Translations under genes and position numbers: made by a program
Source of the DNA: Gemmatimonadota bacterium
GTDB taxonomy: Bacteria > Gemmatimonadota > Gemmatimonadetes > Longimicrobiales > Gaopeijiaceae
Assembly (NCBI GenBank): GCA_034521595.1
Contig: JAXHMG010000003.1
Coordinates: forward strand, 1,664,001 to 1,728,000
Length of the DNA stretch: 64,000 bases
Direction: 5' to 3'
Shown here: positions 1 through 12,058 of the stretch, piece after piece
How the letters are laid out: each line of letters begins with the position of its first letter
How positions within the stretch are numbered: position 1 is the first letter of the stretch
The notes under the pieces: model-generated
The model's database searches: none
Seen by the model: only the letters and a program-made list of their open reading frames with translations
Told to the model about the DNA's origin: nothing

Positions 1-2903
1 CCCGCCTGGCGGACCGGATGGGTCTCGGAGTCGTGGCCACCGGCAACGTCCACTACCACCGCCCGGAGCGGCACCGACTCCAGGACGTGCTGGTGGCCAT
101 CCGGAACCGCGCTACGCTCGACGGCGCTCACGGCTTCCGGCGGGCAAACCGGCTCTTCCACCTGGTCGATCCCCGGGAGATGGAACACCGCTTCGAAAAC
201 CGCCGCGAAGCGCTCACCAACACGCTGCTCATCGCCGAGCGGTGCGCGAGCTTCGACCTGACCGAAGACCTGGGCTACGAGTTCCCGGACTTCGAGGGGG
301 CGGGAGGGAGCGGAGCGGACGGACGCGGCCTCACGAGTGGACGTACGGCTCCGGCGGGATCCACCGGCCGGGAGGGCGCGGCTCTCCGCACCCTGGCCGC
401 CGTCTGCCGGGCGAAGATCTCCGAGCGGTACCGGCCCGGAAGCCGCGAAGCCGAGGACGCCGAAGCCCGCCTCCAGCAGGAGCTCGCGCTCGTCGACCTG
501 CACGGGCTCGCCGGCTTCTTCCTGGTCTACCGCGACATCATGGAGCTCGCGGCGGAGGTCGCGCGTGAGGTCCGAGGGAGAGCGTCCCGGGCCCGCTCGG
601 GACTTCCACCGGGCCGGGGGCGCGGCTCGTCGGTGTCGAGCATCATCTGCTACCTGATCGGGCTCTCGCACATCGATCCGGTCAGGAACCGACTCTCCCT
701 CGGCCGCTTCCTCAACGAAGCGCTCCGGAGCGTGCCCGACATCGACCTCGACTTTCCCCGGGCCATCCGCGAGGAGCTCATCCTCCGGGTCCACGAGAAG
801 TACGGCCACGACCACACGGGGCTCGTCTGCACCTTCCCGACGTATCGGCTCCGTTCGGCCGTGCGCGAGATCGGCAAGGTGCTCGATCTCCCCATGGGCG
901 AGCTCGAGAAGCTCTCCAAGCTGGCCGAGCGCCGTTCCGCCTCGGGACTCGCCGAAGAGATCGCCCGGCTCCCGGAGTTCAAGGATCGAGCCGACGCACG
1001 CCTTTGGAAGCTGCTCGGCGAGCTGGCCGAGGACATCTCGGGTCTGCCCCGCCACATCTCGCAGCACGTGGGCGGGATGATCGTTTCGAGCCGACCCCTC
1101 CTCGAGCTCGTCCCGCTCGAGCCCGCGGCGTGGGAAGGCCGATTCCTCTGTCAGTGGGACAAGGATTCGTGCGAGGACGCGGGCTTCATCAAGATCGACT
1201 TCCTCGCCCTCGGCATGCTCTCGCTCGTGGAGGAGAGCATCGACCTGATCTCGGAGCGGCACGGGGAGGCTCCGGACCTGTCCCGCATCGACTTCGAGGA
1301 CCAGGTCGTCTACGACCGCCTGGCCGAGGGCGACACGGTGGGCGTCTTCCAGATCGAGAGCCGCGCCCAGATCCAGATGCTCCGGCGCACCCGTCCCCGA
1401 AATCTCGAGGACCTGGCCGTGCAGGTGGCCATCGTGCGGCCGGGCCCGATCGTGGGCGGCGCGGTGAACCCGTACGTGCGGCGGCGCGAGCTGCTCCGCG
1501 AGAACCCGAGCTACGAGGTCCCCTACGCCCACCCCCTCCTGGAAGACGCCCTCGGCGAGACCCTCGGCGTGGTGATCTATCAGGACCAGGTGCTCGGGGT
1601 GTGCCAGGCCCTCGCGGGCTTCACCGACGGGCAGGCCGAGTCGCTCCGCCGCGCGATGAGCCGGAAACGCTCAAAGGAGGCGCTCGCCGCCCACTGGGAA
1701 GCGTTTCGGGACGGCGCGGCGGCCAACGGCGTGGACGAGACCACCGCGCGCGAGGTATTCGCCCAGGTGACCGCGTTCTCCGAGTTCGGCTTCCCCAAGT
1801 CGCACGCGGTCGCGTTCGGGCTCCTCGCCTATCAATCGGCGTGGCTCCGGCACTACTATCCCGTCGAGTTCTACGTCGCCCTCTTCAACAACCAGCCCAT
1901 GGGCTTTTACTCGCTCGACGCGCTCGGCCGGGACGCGCGCCGGAACGGCATCCGGACCCTGCTTCCGGACGTGAACCGGAGCCGGGTCCGGTGCACCGCC
2001 GAAGACGGGGATCTGCGCATCGGACTCGGACTCGTACGCGGGTGGGGAGAGGAGATCGCCGAACGGGTGGTCGCCGAGCGCGACCGCCGCGGGCCGTTCC
2101 ACTCGCTCGTGGACTTCCTCCGGCGCACTCCCGCCGCCCTCAAACGGCCGGCCGTCGAGAACCTGATCTGGGTGGGCGGCTTCGAGGCGCTCGGCCTCAC
2201 GCGCCGCGAGCTGCTCTGGCAGTCCGGGCTCTGGCTCGGTCCCGACGGCAACGACGAACGGACCGGCGGCCGGGACGACCACGCCCAGACCGAGCTCGCG
2301 CTCGACGACCCGTATGCGGACCGGCCGTTCCCGGACCTCGACGCGAACGACCGCATGGTCGCCGAGTACCGCATGCTCCGCTTCTCGGCGGAGAAGCACC
2401 CCCTCACCCTGCTCCAGGACGCGCTCCCGAGAGGGACCGTCCCGTCGAGCCGGCTCCCCGACCTCCGTCAGGGGAGCACCGTCCAAGTCGCCGGGCTCGT
2501 CACCACCCGCCAGCGCCCGGGCACCGCCAAGGGCTACGTCTTCGTCCTCATGGAGGACGAGCACGGCCCGGTGAACGTCATCGTGAAGCCCGATGTCTAC
2601 GTGCGGGACCGGCACGCGGTGCGCATGGAGCCGTTCCTCACCGTTCGCGGGCGCCTCCAGAAGGACGGTGCCACCCTGAACGTCATCGCCGAGCGAGTGG
2701 AGGCGCTGCGCGTGCCGGAGCGGGCGGCACCACAGCGCGGGCTGGCGCGAAGCTCCCTGCCCCGCACCACCGAGTACTGGACGGATCCGGCCGATCCGGG
2801 GGCCGACAACGACGGACCGGCCCCGGAGGGGACGGAAGGTTCCCGGTTTCGCTATCTCTCCGCGCTTCGTGAATCCCCTCCCGACATCAAGAGCTGGGGG
2901 TGA
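1..2903 (+). CDS. dnaE2: Error-prone DNA polymerase (DnaE2, Pol III alpha family), 5'-truncated by the window edge
   Basis: Frame is open from the window start. PHP-end ATGNVHYH, GRGSS, PDIDLD, HVGG, QWDKD, KIDFLALGML, FGFPKSHA, NNQPMGFYS and OB-fold RQRPGTAKG motifs are typical of DnaE2. Confidence 0.93.
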   Translation, partial: RLADRMGLGVVATGNVHYHRPERHRLQDVLVAIRNRATLDGAHGFRRANRLFHLVDPREMEHRFENRREALTNTLLIAERCASFDLTEDLGYEFPDFEGAGGSGADGRGLTSGRTAPAGSTGREGAALRTLAAVCRAKISERYRPGSREAEDAEARLQQELALVDLHGLAGFFLVYRDIMELAAEVAREVRGRASRARSGLPPGRGRGSSVSSIICYLIGLSHIDPVRNRLSLGRFLNEALRSVPDIDLDFPRAIREELILRVHEKYGHDHTGLVCTFPTYRLRSAVREIGKVLDLPMGELEKLSKLAERRSASGLAEEIARLPEFKDRADARLWKLLGELAEDISGLPRHISQHVGGMIVSSRPLLELVPLEPAAWEGRFLCQWDKDSCEDAGFIKIDFLALGMLSLVEESIDLISERHGEAPDLSRIDFEDQVVYDRLAEGDTVGVFQIESRAQIQMLRRTRPRNLEDLAVQVAIVRPGPIVGGAVNPYVRRRELLRENPSYEVPYAHPLLEDALGETLGVVIYQDQVLGVCQALAGFTDGQAESLRRAMSRKRSKEALAAHWEAFRDGAAANGVDETTAREVFAQVTAFSEFGFPKSHAVAFGLLAYQSAWLRHYYPVEFYVALFNNQPMGFYSLDALGRDARRNGIRTLLPDVNRSRVRCTAEDGDLRIGLGLVRGWGEEIAERVVAERDRRGPFHSLVDFLRRTPAALKRPAVENLIWVGGFEALGLTRRELLWQSGLWLGPDGNDERTGGRDDHAQTELALDDPYADRPFPDLDANDRMVAEYRMLRFSAEKHPLTLLQDALPRGTVPSSRLPDLRQGSTVQVAGLVTTRQRPGTAKGYVFVLMEDEHGPVNVIVKPDVYVRDRHAVRMEPFLTVRGRLQKDGATLNVIAERVEALRVPERAAPQRGLARSSLPRTTEYWTDPADPGADNDGPAPEGTEGSRFRYLSALRESPPDIKSWG

Positions 2904-2948
2904 GATGCACGAACCGCCGCCGCGCCACCCACTTCAGCAGATCACACC

Positions 2949-3350
2949 ATGCGCAAGCTGACCCCCATCCTCACCGTCGAAGCGATCGAGCCCTGCCTTC
3001 CGTTCTGGACCGACGTGCTCGGCTTCGAGGTGCCCGTCACCGTACCTCACGAAGACACGATCGGCTTCGCCATCCTGCAGAAGGACGGAGTCGAGCTGAT
3101 GTACCAGACCCGCGCGAGCATCGACGCCGACCTCGGTGAGTCGGACGCCCCCGCCGAGCTCGGTCGCGAGCTGGCCGGCGGAAGCGCCCTCCTCTTCGTC
3201 GAAGTCGACGCGATCGACCCGCTCCTTCCGAAGCTGGACGGCGTCGAGGTGGTGGTGCCGCGCCGCCGGACGTTCTACGGCATGGACGAGGTGTTCGTCC
3301 GCGCTCCGTGCGGCACCGTCGTGGGATTCGCCGCGAAGGTGGAGGAGTAG
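2949..3350 (+). CDS. VOC/glyoxalase-like family protein
   Basis: 133 aa with FWTDVLGFEV, LFVEVDAID and TFYGMDEVFVRAPCG motifs of the glyoxalase/bleomycin-resistance fold. Confidence 0.8.
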   Translation: MRKLTPILTVEAIEPCLPFWTDVLGFEVPVTVPHEDTIGFAILQKDGVELMYQTRASIDADLGESDAPAELGRELAGGSALLFVEVDAIDPLLPKLDGVEVVVPRRRTFYGMDEVFVRAPCGTVVGFAAKVEE

Positions 3351-3392
3351 TACGCGGTACGGGCTCGGCTCCGGTGGTCGGCAGTCCGTGCG

Positions 3393-3836
3393 TCAGTCCA
3401 GCCGCTCGACCACCACCGCCCCCCAGGGACAGAACCGCTCGACCCTCTCGATCCAGTAGTCGAGATCGTCTTCGACCATGCTGGGACGCCCGTCGCAAAC
3501 CTCGATCGATACGTCCGGCGCCTCCACGGTCGAAGGCACCATGTGCCAGCTCCACGGCTCGTTGTATCCACTGTCGCCGGCTGCGAGCTCGCCTGTAAGC
3601 ACGCCTTCCTCTCCCGACGCGAGGCGGGCTTCGAGCGCGGCGACCTGCTCGGCGCTCGTGACCTCGAGGACGAACGTCTCCCCGCTCACTTCGACACCGT
3701 AGCGCACCGGCGCCTCGGGCATGAACGAGGATTCGTCGCAGGCGGTAGCGAGCGGCAGCGTGAAGAGGAGCGCCGCCGGGAACGACCTGGACAACGGAAG
3801 GAGCGATGGACGAAAGCGTGGTGTTCCTGAACTCAT
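3393..3836 (-). CDS. Small secreted lipoprotein, BP74-like domain
   Basis: Hydrophobic segment ending in lipobox LATA-C; YNEPWSWH..IEVCDG..CPW motif recalled from BP74-related proteins. Start uncertain (3836 or 3869). Confidence 0.6.
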   Translation of the reverse strand: MSSGTPRFRPSLLPLSRSFPAALLFTLPLATACDESSFMPEAPVRYGVEVSGETFVLEVTSAEQVAALEARLASGEEGVLTGELAAGDSGYNEPWSWHMVPSTVEAPDVSIEVCDGRPSMVEDDLDYWIERVERFCPWGAVVVERLD

Positions 3837-3951
3837 ATCGACCCCATCATATCGTGCGTGCATGATCATCGTCCGGATTCCACGGGGATCCGTAACCCCG
3901 CCCGGGACTACGGAACGAATGGACGACAGGGTTCATGACACGCTCAGCCCC

Positions 3952-5952
3952 TCACCCCCGCGGCCAGAGGTTGTTGCTGCGGTCCACGTCGGGCGCATAG
4001 CCCGAGGGGTCGATCTCCACGCGCGTCACCCGTCCTGCATCCGCGGGAAGCTGGTAATGGTGGCGCACCTCGCCCCGCAGCCAGTGCTCGACGGGGATCT
4101 CGTACTCGATGGTCTCTCCCTCCGTCGTTCGCACGCGAACTTGGGCTGGGAAGGGGGCGAGCCCCCGATCCCGGACGATGACGATCGGGCCTTCACCGTT
4201 CGGCGTCTGCACGTTCTCCACGGCGTGGTCGAGGGTCCACGTCTCGTAGTAGAACGAGGTCCAGAACCAGTCGAGCTCGCGGTCGGCGACTCGCTCGAAG
4301 GTGTTGAAGAAGTCCCAGGGCGTGGGGTGCTTGTAGGCCCACTCGGAAAGGAAGGTTCGATAGGCTTCGGTCCACACGTCCTCGCCCAGCACCTGCCTGA
4401 GCGCGACCATGAGCGTGGCGGGCTTCATGTACGACGCGATGCCGTAGCCGGGACCGGGCTCGTAGTAGTCGCCGTGGCGCATCATGCTCTGCTCGAGCCC
4501 GGCACGGGCGACCTGTAGGTAGATGCGGGCCTCGAGCCTGTGGTGATCCACACCCGGCCAGATCTCCATCCGGCTCTCACTCTCGAGGAAGGTCGTCATG
4601 CCCTCGTCCATCCAGGCGTGGCGCTTCTCGTTGGTGCTCACGATCATGGGCACCCACATGTGGGCGAGCTCGTGCGAGGTGACGTTGAAGAGCTCCTGCT
4701 CACCCCGGCCCTCGTACGAGCCCATCACCGTCATCATCGGATATTCCATGCCCCCACCGATGATGTCGGCGCCTTCGACGGACGTCATATGGGGCCACGG
4801 GTAGGAGATGCCGGTGTACTCGGAGTGGAACTCGATGGACTGCTTCCCGTAGCGCCATTGCTCGGACCAGAGGGGAGCGCGGTCCTCGCGCCAGAAGGAG
4901 TGGATGAGCACCCGGTCGTCCTCGCCGTCCCCGTCCCGGTCCGGGACCACGGCGGAGGTGGCGTCCCAACGCTGTACGTTCGACGTGGTCCACGCGAAGT
5001 CCCGCACGCTGTCCGCCGCGAACTCGTAGGTGAGCCACCCGTCCTGGCCTTCCGTGGTGATCGTGCCGGCGTCCCGCTCCGCCTGCCCCGCGATGGTGAC
5101 GCGCTCGTCGGACGTCGCAGCCTCGGCGAGTCGGTCCCGGGTGACGGCCGTATAGACTTGCGTCGGATTCTCGAGCTCGCCGGTCGCCATGACCGTCCAC
5201 CCTTCGGGCACGGAGAGCGACGCACGATAGTCCCCGAATCCGTCGTGGAACTCCGCGTTGCCCAGATAGGGCTCGGCGTCCCACCCGCGGAGCGCGTCGA
5301 AGGTGGCCATCTTGGGGAACCAGTACCCGACGAAGTAGACCTCCCGGTCGGAATAGCCCATGCGCCCGGCCCCGGACTGGGGCAACTCGACGCTCCATTC
5401 GATCTCCAGCTCGAGCGTGTCCCCCTGCTCGACGGCCTCGGGAAGTCCGAGCTCCATGAGGGTCCCCTGCACACGGTACGCGGAACCGTCATTCGGATTC
5501 CCTTCCTGGATGGTGTCCTCCTGAACGACGACGCTCTCCAGCGTCATTCCGCCGGTGACTTCCTCCACCGACCGTCGCGGCACCCCTTCCTTGTGCAGAT
5601 TCTGATGGAGGTGTAGCTGCACGGTACCGAGGGTGGCCGGCGCGTTGTTCGCGTACCGGATGCGCACCGATCCGTCCAGACGGCCCGTCTCGGGGTCCAG
5701 TCGCCCCTCCAGGTCGTACGACGTCCACTGCTGCCAGTACGAATCGGTCGGGCTCCCGTCCGGCGCCCTCCATCCGCGCTCCACGGACGCCCGGTACGGT
5801 CGAGGGGGCGTGACGGCCTGCGGGATCGGGCGCACGTCGATCACCCCCTGCTCCTGCTGCGCCGACAGCGGGTGGGCCAAGACGCCGACGAAAACGGCGC
5901 AGACGAGCAGCGCCGCGGGAATCGCGGTACGGACGGACAGGGGTTTCGTCAT
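3952..5952 (-). CDS. Secreted M1-family zinc aminopeptidase
   Basis: Signal peptide; GGMEYP, HELAH and WMDEG gluzincin motifs. Confidence 0.9.
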   Translation of the reverse strand: MTKPLSVRTAIPAALLVCAVFVGVLAHPLSAQQEQGVIDVRPIPQAVTPPRPYRASVERGWRAPDGSPTDSYWQQWTSYDLEGRLDPETGRLDGSVRIRYANNAPATLGTVQLHLHQNLHKEGVPRRSVEEVTGGMTLESVVVQEDTIQEGNPNDGSAYRVQGTLMELGLPEAVEQGDTLELEIEWSVELPQSGAGRMGYSDREVYFVGYWFPKMATFDALRGWDAEPYLGNAEFHDGFGDYRASLSVPEGWTVMATGELENPTQVYTAVTRDRLAEAATSDERVTIAGQAERDAGTITTEGQDGWLTYEFAADSVRDFAWTTSNVQRWDATSAVVPDRDGDGEDDRVLIHSFWREDRAPLWSEQWRYGKQSIEFHSEYTGISYPWPHMTSVEGADIIGGGMEYPMMTVMGSYEGRGEQELFNVTSHELAHMWVPMIVSTNEKRHAWMDEGMTTFLESESRMEIWPGVDHHRLEARIYLQVARAGLEQSMMRHGDYYEPGPGYGIASYMKPATLMVALRQVLGEDVWTEAYRTFLSEWAYKHPTPWDFFNTFERVADRELDWFWTSFYYETWTLDHAVENVQTPNGEGPIVIVRDRGLAPFPAQVRVRTTEGETIEYEIPVEHWLRGEVRHHYQLPADAGRVTRVEIDPSGYAPDVDRSNNLWPRG

Positions 5953-5962
5953 TATTTCTTCC

Positions 5963-6847
5963 TCAAGGATTCCGTTTCAGGTAGAAGGCTACACCGGCCC
6001 AGTCGGTCGCGGCCGAGAACATGTCGAAATACCGATCGACCTCCTCGCGTCCCATGTACGGAGCGAGCTCGTCCCGCACCTCTGCTTCGAAGCGCTCGGC
6101 GTCCTCCTCTTCGTCCCCGTTCTCGAGCGCCACCCGGACACGCGCTTCCAGCGCCTCGAGCCTGGAGGCGAGCTGGGTTCGCCGCTCCTCCACGTCGTCG
6201 TGGATGCCGAAGTGCGTGACCGCGGCCCGCTCCGCTCCGATCCCGCCGACTTCCTCCAACGTCCCCTCCCACGCCCGCAGATCGACTCCGGGAGGCGGCG
6301 TGGCCGGATGGGTGGGACCGCCGCCGAGCACGATGCCCAGCGCGTCACCGGAGAACAACGTGCCGTCCCGCTCGTCCAGGTAGGCCAGGTGGTGCGCGAT
6401 GTGTCCGGGCGTATGAATCGGACGCAGCCGTTTCCACGGCCCCTCCTCGCCGGTCCTCCATGCACGCACACGATCCGCGGGCACCGGCTTCACTTCTCCC
6501 CACAGTCGATCGTGTGCATCTCCGAAGGTCCTCCGCGTGCTGGCGACCAGGCGTTCCGGGCTCACCATATGTGACGCGCCATCCTCGTGCACGTGCACAA
6601 CCGCGTTCGGGAAGCGCTCCACGAGGTGCCCCGTCGCGCCTGCGTGATCGAGGTGGACGTGCGTCAACGCGACGTGCCGCAGATCACCGGCCCCGAGCCC
6701 GCGCTGCGCCAGTTCGTCCACGAGACGGTCGAGCGTGGTGGTCGGGCCCGGATCGACGACGGTGGGCTCTGCGGCATCGATCAGATAGCACGCGATCGCC
6801 CCCTCGAGCCCCAGATGCAACAGGTCCATGCACTCCGGCTTGTTCAT
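5963..6847 (-). CDS. MBL-fold metallo-hydrolase
   Basis: THVHLDHAG, TPGH, GD and THFG motifs. Start placed at ATG 6847, downstream of the terminator. Confidence 0.88.
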   Translation of the reverse strand: MNKPECMDLLHLGLEGAIACYLIDAAEPTVVDPGPTTTLDRLVDELAQRGLGAGDLRHVALTHVHLDHAGATGHLVERFPNAVVHVHEDGASHMVSPERLVASTRRTFGDAHDRLWGEVKPVPADRVRAWRTGEEGPWKRLRPIHTPGHIAHHLAYLDERDGTLFSGDALGIVLGGGPTHPATPPPGVDLRAWEGTLEEVGGIGAERAAVTHFGIHDDVEERRTQLASRLEALEARVRVALENGDEEEDAERFEAEVRDELAPYMGREEVDRYFDMFSAATDWAGVAFYLKRNP

Positions 6848-6871
6848 GAAACGTTCAGCCTCCCTGGAATG

Positions 6872-6901
6872 AAAAGAGGGGCGCCCCGCGGGGCGCCCCT
6901 C
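6872..6901 (-). terminator. Intrinsic terminator after gltA
   Basis: Perfect 26-bp palindrome GAGGGGCGCCCCGCGGGGCGCCCCTC (6876-6901) followed by TTTT on the minus strand. Confidence 0.75.
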
Positions 6902-6948
6902 CAGAACCACCGCCACGGATGCGGCGCGTCACCTCCGGACGCGAGGCG

Positions 6949-8259
<1,311 letters not shown>

Positions 8260-8355
8260 GAAATGTCTCCGTTGGCTTGTCTGGATCGCCGGAATGCGGC
8301 GGAGGAGCCTGATTATATCGACCGCGACGCCCGGTCCCAAGGGCGGACATACCAA

Positions 8356-8438
8356 TGCCGGGGGCGGGATTCGAACCCGCACGCCCTCGCGGACAGCGGC
8401 TTTTGAGGCCGCCGCGTCTACCGTTCCGCCACCCCGGC
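8356..8438 (-). tRNA. tRNA-Leu (anticodon CAA)
   Basis: Minus strand GCCGGGG TGGCGGAACGGTAGACGCG GCGGC-CT-CAA-AA-GCCGC, long variable arm, GGTTCGAATCC T-arm, CCCCGGC-A acceptor. CCA end is not encoded. Confidence 0.95.
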
Positions 8439-8607
8439 CACGTCAGACCCGCAAGCTAACGCCGCGTGCACCCACCGCTCAATACGTGACGAAGGCCGTC
8501 CAGCCACCTGACAGAGTCCCCGACTTCTCGCATCATTAGTGTTCACTCAGCATCGACATTTCGGATGCGCATGCAGGCGCCACCGACGTACGAACACAGG
8601 AGCCACC

Positions 8608-11427
8608 GTGGCGGATTCCAAGAAAGATCCATTCGGAGCACGGACGACCCTCGACCTCCCCGAAGGTCGCACGTCCTTTTATCGGCTGGCGAAGCTGGAA
8701 GAGGACGGCGTCGTCGACTCCCTGGCCCGGCTTCCATTCTCGATTCGAATCCTGCTCGAGAACGCGCTTCGCCACGCGGGAAGCCCCTACGTGAAGGAAG
8801 AACACGTACATGCCATAGCCGCGTGGAGCCCCACGAACGCGGGCGCCGACATCCCGTTCATGCCGAGTCGCGTGGTCCTCCAGGACTTCACGGGCGTTCC
8901 CGCCGTGGTCGACCTCGCCGCGATGCGGGACGGGCTGGGTCATCTGGGCGGAGACCCTGCGAGAATCAACCCGGTGGTTCCCGCCGACCTGGTCATCGAC
9001 CACTCGGTGCAGGTGGACTACTTCGGCACCGCCGAAGCTTTCGGACAGAACGTCACGCGCGAGTACGAGCGCAACCACGAGCGGTACGCGCTCCTCCGCT
9101 GGGCGCAGGAAGCCTTCGCCAACTTCTCGGTGGTCCCCCCGGGCACCGGCATCGTGCACCAGGTGAACCTCGAGTACCTCGCTTCCGTCATGCACCGACG
9201 CGAGGAGGACGGCGAGTTCGTCACCTACCCCGACACACTGGTGGGCACGGACTCCCACACGACCATGATCAACGGCCTGGGCGTCGTCGGCTGGGGCGTG
9301 GGTGGTATCGAAGCCGAGGCGGTCGTCCTCGGACAGCCGTACTACATGCTGATGCCGGAAGTCGTGGGCATGAAGATGACCGGCTCCCTTCCGGAAGGCG
9401 CCACGGCCACGGACCTGGTGCTCCGGGTGACCGAGATGCTCCGCGAGCACGGCGTCGTGGGCCGCTTCGTGGAGTTCTACGGCGCCGGGCTGAGCAACCT
9501 CTCGCTGCCGGACAAGGCCACGCTCGCGAACATGGCGCCCGAGTACGGCGCCACCATCGGGTTCTTCCCGGTCGACGACGCGACGCTCGAGTATCTTCGA
9601 GGCACCGGGAGGGATCCCGAGGTGGTCGACCGGGTGGAGCGGGTGTCCAAGGAGCTCGGGCTCTTCCGCACCGACGACATCCCGGATCCGGAGTTCACCT
9701 CGACGCTCGAGCTGGACATGTCCACGGTGGAGCCGAGCCTGGCCGGGCCGAAGCGTCCGCAGGACCGGGTCCGACTCGTCGACATGCGCCCCGCCTTCGA
9801 GCGCGAGCTTCCCGACCTCGTGCCGGCCGGATTCGACTTCCCGTCTCCGGAAGAGGCCGAGGCCGAAGGGGAGCCGCGCGGCACGGAAAGCTGGGCCGGC
9901 GAAGGAGGAGACGAGCCGGTGACGGTGGCCGGCCACGTCGCGAGCGCCCACTGCAACCGGACCGTGACGCTCTCGCACAACGGCGAAGAGATCGAGATCT
10001 CGGACGGAACACTGGTCATCGCCGCCATCACCTCCTGCACGAACACGTCGAACCCCTCCGTCATGATCGGTGCAGGACTCGTCGCCCAGAAGGCGGTGGA
10101 GCGGGGACTCGAGGTGCCGTCCTGGGTCAAGACGAGCATGGCGCCGGGGTCCAAGGTGGTAACCGACTACCTCCGAGGGTCAGGCCTGCTCGAGCCGCTC
10201 GAGAAGCTGAGCTTTCAAGTGGTCGGATACGGGTGCACGACCTGCATCGGTAACTCCGGCCCACTCGACGAGAACATTCACCAGGCGATCGAAGAGAACG
10301 GACTGGTCGTGGGCGCGGTGCTCTCCGGGAACCGGAACTTCGAGGCCCGCATCCACCCGCTGGTGCGCGCGAACTACCTCGCGTCCCCCATGCTCGTCGT
10401 CGCCTACGCCCTCGCGGGACGCCTCGACATCGACATGTACAACGAGCCGCTGGGCCGCGACCGCGACGGAAAGCCGGTCTTCATGGCCGACATATGGCCG
10501 ACCCAGGAGGAGATCAGGGACACCGTCGCCTCGGCGCTGAAGCCGGAGATGTACCGCCACCGGTACGCCGAGGTCTTCGAGGGCGACGAGCATTGGCGCG
10601 ACCTCCCGGTGCCCGCGGAGGGCAGCCTCTACGCCTGGAACGACGAATCCACGTACGTGCAGCGTCCCCCGTTCTTCGAGGGCATGGGAGCCGGCGTGCC
10701 GGAGCCGTCCGACGTCCGGGGCGCGCGCGTGCTCGCGCTGCTCGGGCAATCCGTGACGACCGACCACATCTCACCCGCGGGCGCGATTCCGAAGCACGAG
10801 CCGGCCGGACGGTACCTCCGTGACAAAGGCATCGAGGTAAAGGACTTCAACACCTTCGGTGCCCGGCGGGGCAACCACGAGGTCATGATGCGCGGCACCT
10901 TCGGCAACGTGCGCATCAAGAACCTCCTGCTCGACGGTCGCGAAGGTGGCTACACGGTGCATTTCCCGACGGACGAGGAGTTGCCGATCTACGACGCTTC
11001 CATGCGCTACCAGGAAGAGGGAACCCCCCTCGTCATCCTGGCCGGCCGGGAATACGGCACGGGGAGCTCGCGCGACTGGGCCGCGAAGGGCACGGTGCTC
11101 CTCGGCGTGCGAGCGGTCATCGCCGAGAGCTACGAGCGGATCCACCGCAGCAACCTCGTCGGCATGGGCGTGCTTCCGCTCGAGTTCCCGAAGGGCGAGG
11201 GCGCCGAGTCCTTGGGGCTCACGGGCCGCGAGACGTTCGACATCGAGGGGATCTCGAAGGACATCGAGCCGGGCGGAACCGTTGCCGTCACCGCGACGGC
11301 CGAAGACGGATCCGAGACGGAGTTCGAGGCGACGGTCCGCCTCGACTCCGACATCGACGTGGAGTACTACCTGAACGGCGGGATCCTGCAGACGGTGCTC
11401 CGGAAGATGGCCCTCGGCGAGATGTAG
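8608..11427 (+). CDS. acnA: Aconitate hydratase A
   Basis: [49 protein letters not shown] and [10 protein letters not shown] motifs; AGGAG RBS before GTG 8608. Confidence 0.97.
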   Translation: MADSKKDPFGARTTLDLPEGRTSFYRLAKLEEDGVVDSLARLPFSIRILLENALRHAGSPYVKEEHVHAIAAWSPTNAGADIPFMPSRVVLQDFTGVPAVVDLAAMRDGLGHLGGDPARINPVVPADLVIDHSVQVDYFGTAEAFGQNVTREYERNHERYALLRWAQEAFANFSVVPPGTGIVHQVNLEYLASVMHRREEDGEFVTYPDTLVGTDSHTTMINGLGVVGWGVGGIEAEAVVLGQPYYMLMPEVVGMKMTGSLPEGATATDLVLRVTEMLREHGVVGRFVEFYGAGLSNLSLPDKATLANMAPEYGATIGFFPVDDATLEYLRGTGRDPEVVDRVERVSKELGLFRTDDIPDPEFTSTLELDMSTVEPSLAGPKRPQDRVRLVDMRPAFERELPDLVPAGFDFPSPEEAEAEGEPRGTESWAGEGGDEPVTVAGHVASAHCNRTVTLSHNGEEIEISDGTLVIAAITSCTNTSNPSVMIGAGLVAQKAVERGLEVPSWVKTSMAPGSKVVTDYLRGSGLLEPLEKLSFQVVGYGCTTCIGNSGPLDENIHQAIEENGLVVGAVLSGNRNFEARIHPLVRANYLASPMLVVAYALAGRLDIDMYNEPLGRDRDGKPVFMADIWPTQEEIRDTVASALKPEMYRHRYAEVFEGDEHWRDLPVPAEGSLYAWNDESTYVQRPPFFEGMGAGVPEPSDVRGARVLALLGQSVTTDHISPAGAIPKHEPAGRYLRDKGIEVKDFNTFGARRGNHEVMMRGTFGNVRIKNLLLDGREGGYTVHFPTDEELPIYDASMRYQEEGTPLVILAGREYGTGSSRDWAAKGTVLLGVRAVIAESYERIHRSNLVGMGVLPLEFPKGEGAESLGLTGRETFDIEGISKDIEPGGTVAVTATAEDGSETEFEATVRLDSDIDVEYYLNGGILQTVLRKMALGEM

Positions 11428-11437
11428 CCGCGAGCTG

Positions 11438-12052
11438 CTACGGCCGCTCGTCGCCGTCCTTCATGGCGGCGGGCGGGCCAAGCACTTCCTGCAAGATCAC
11501 GGCCTGCTTGAGCGCGTCCGCGCCTTCCCTCCCTTGGAGCATGGCACGGACGCGCTTCGCATTTCGGTTCTCGTGCCCCGACGGACGCCAGTCCTGCCGC
11601 GACGGGGCACGCTCCGACGGATCCGTCCCGTACACCGTGTGTGTGCGGTGGACCGGGTGCGCATCATCGTCGGCGACCGGCATCGGCGACCGGCTCGGCT
11701 CGGGCTGAGGGGCCGGCACGGGCCTCGGCGCCGGCCGGGCGGACTCCGACGCGGGCTTTGGCTCGGCGGGCCGGGGAGCGGTAGGCGGCTCCGCATCGGG
11801 CTCCGGCTCGGGCTCTCGCTCCCCTGGAGCCAAGCCCGCGATCTCCTCCCAAATGTCAGCCGGGATCATCGTTTCGGACGGCTCTTCGCTCGTCTGCCGG
11901 TCCGCACCGTCGAGGTTTCGGTCCCGCGGCACCTCGGCACGCACCTCATCATCCCCTTCCCCGTCCTCGGCACGCTCCTTCTTACGTTGGCGCGCGACCG
12001 ACTCGAGGATGGAGAAGAGGATGATGACGGCGAAAAAGATCAGCTCGGCCAC
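11438..12052 (-). CDS. Hypothetical membrane-anchored protein, YqfB-like partner of floA
   Basis: N-terminal TM helix, Pro/Glu-rich disordered middle, C-terminal LKQAVILQEVLGPP motif; directly downstream of floA. Confidence 0.65.
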   Translation of the reverse strand: MAELIFFAVIILFSILESVARQRKKERAEDGEGDDEVRAEVPRDRNLDGADRQTSEEPSETMIPADIWEEIAGLAPGEREPEPEPDAEPPTAPRPAEPKPASESARPAPRPVPAPQPEPSRSPMPVADDDAHPVHRTHTVYGTDPSERAPSRQDWRPSGHENRNAKRVRAMLQGREGADALKQAVILQEVLGPPAAMKDGDERP

Positions 12053-12058
12053 GGCGCG

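Noticed and set aside
1004-2872. 622-aa alternative-frame ORF inside dnaE2, and similar Arg/Gly/Pro-rich ORFs (8565-10253, 34028-36049)
   Set aside because: Off-frame shadow ORFs expected at high GC; low-complexity composition, no motifs, fully overlapping well-supported genes.
8356-8438. tRNA-Leu as an integration site for a genomic island
   Set aside because: Flanked by core gltA and acnA; no integrase and no duplicated tRNA 3' end noticed in the window.
9830-9960. Acidic insertion in AcnA considered as an intein or mobile insert
   Set aside because: Short, lies in a known variable linker region of AcnA, and lacks intein splicing motifs.
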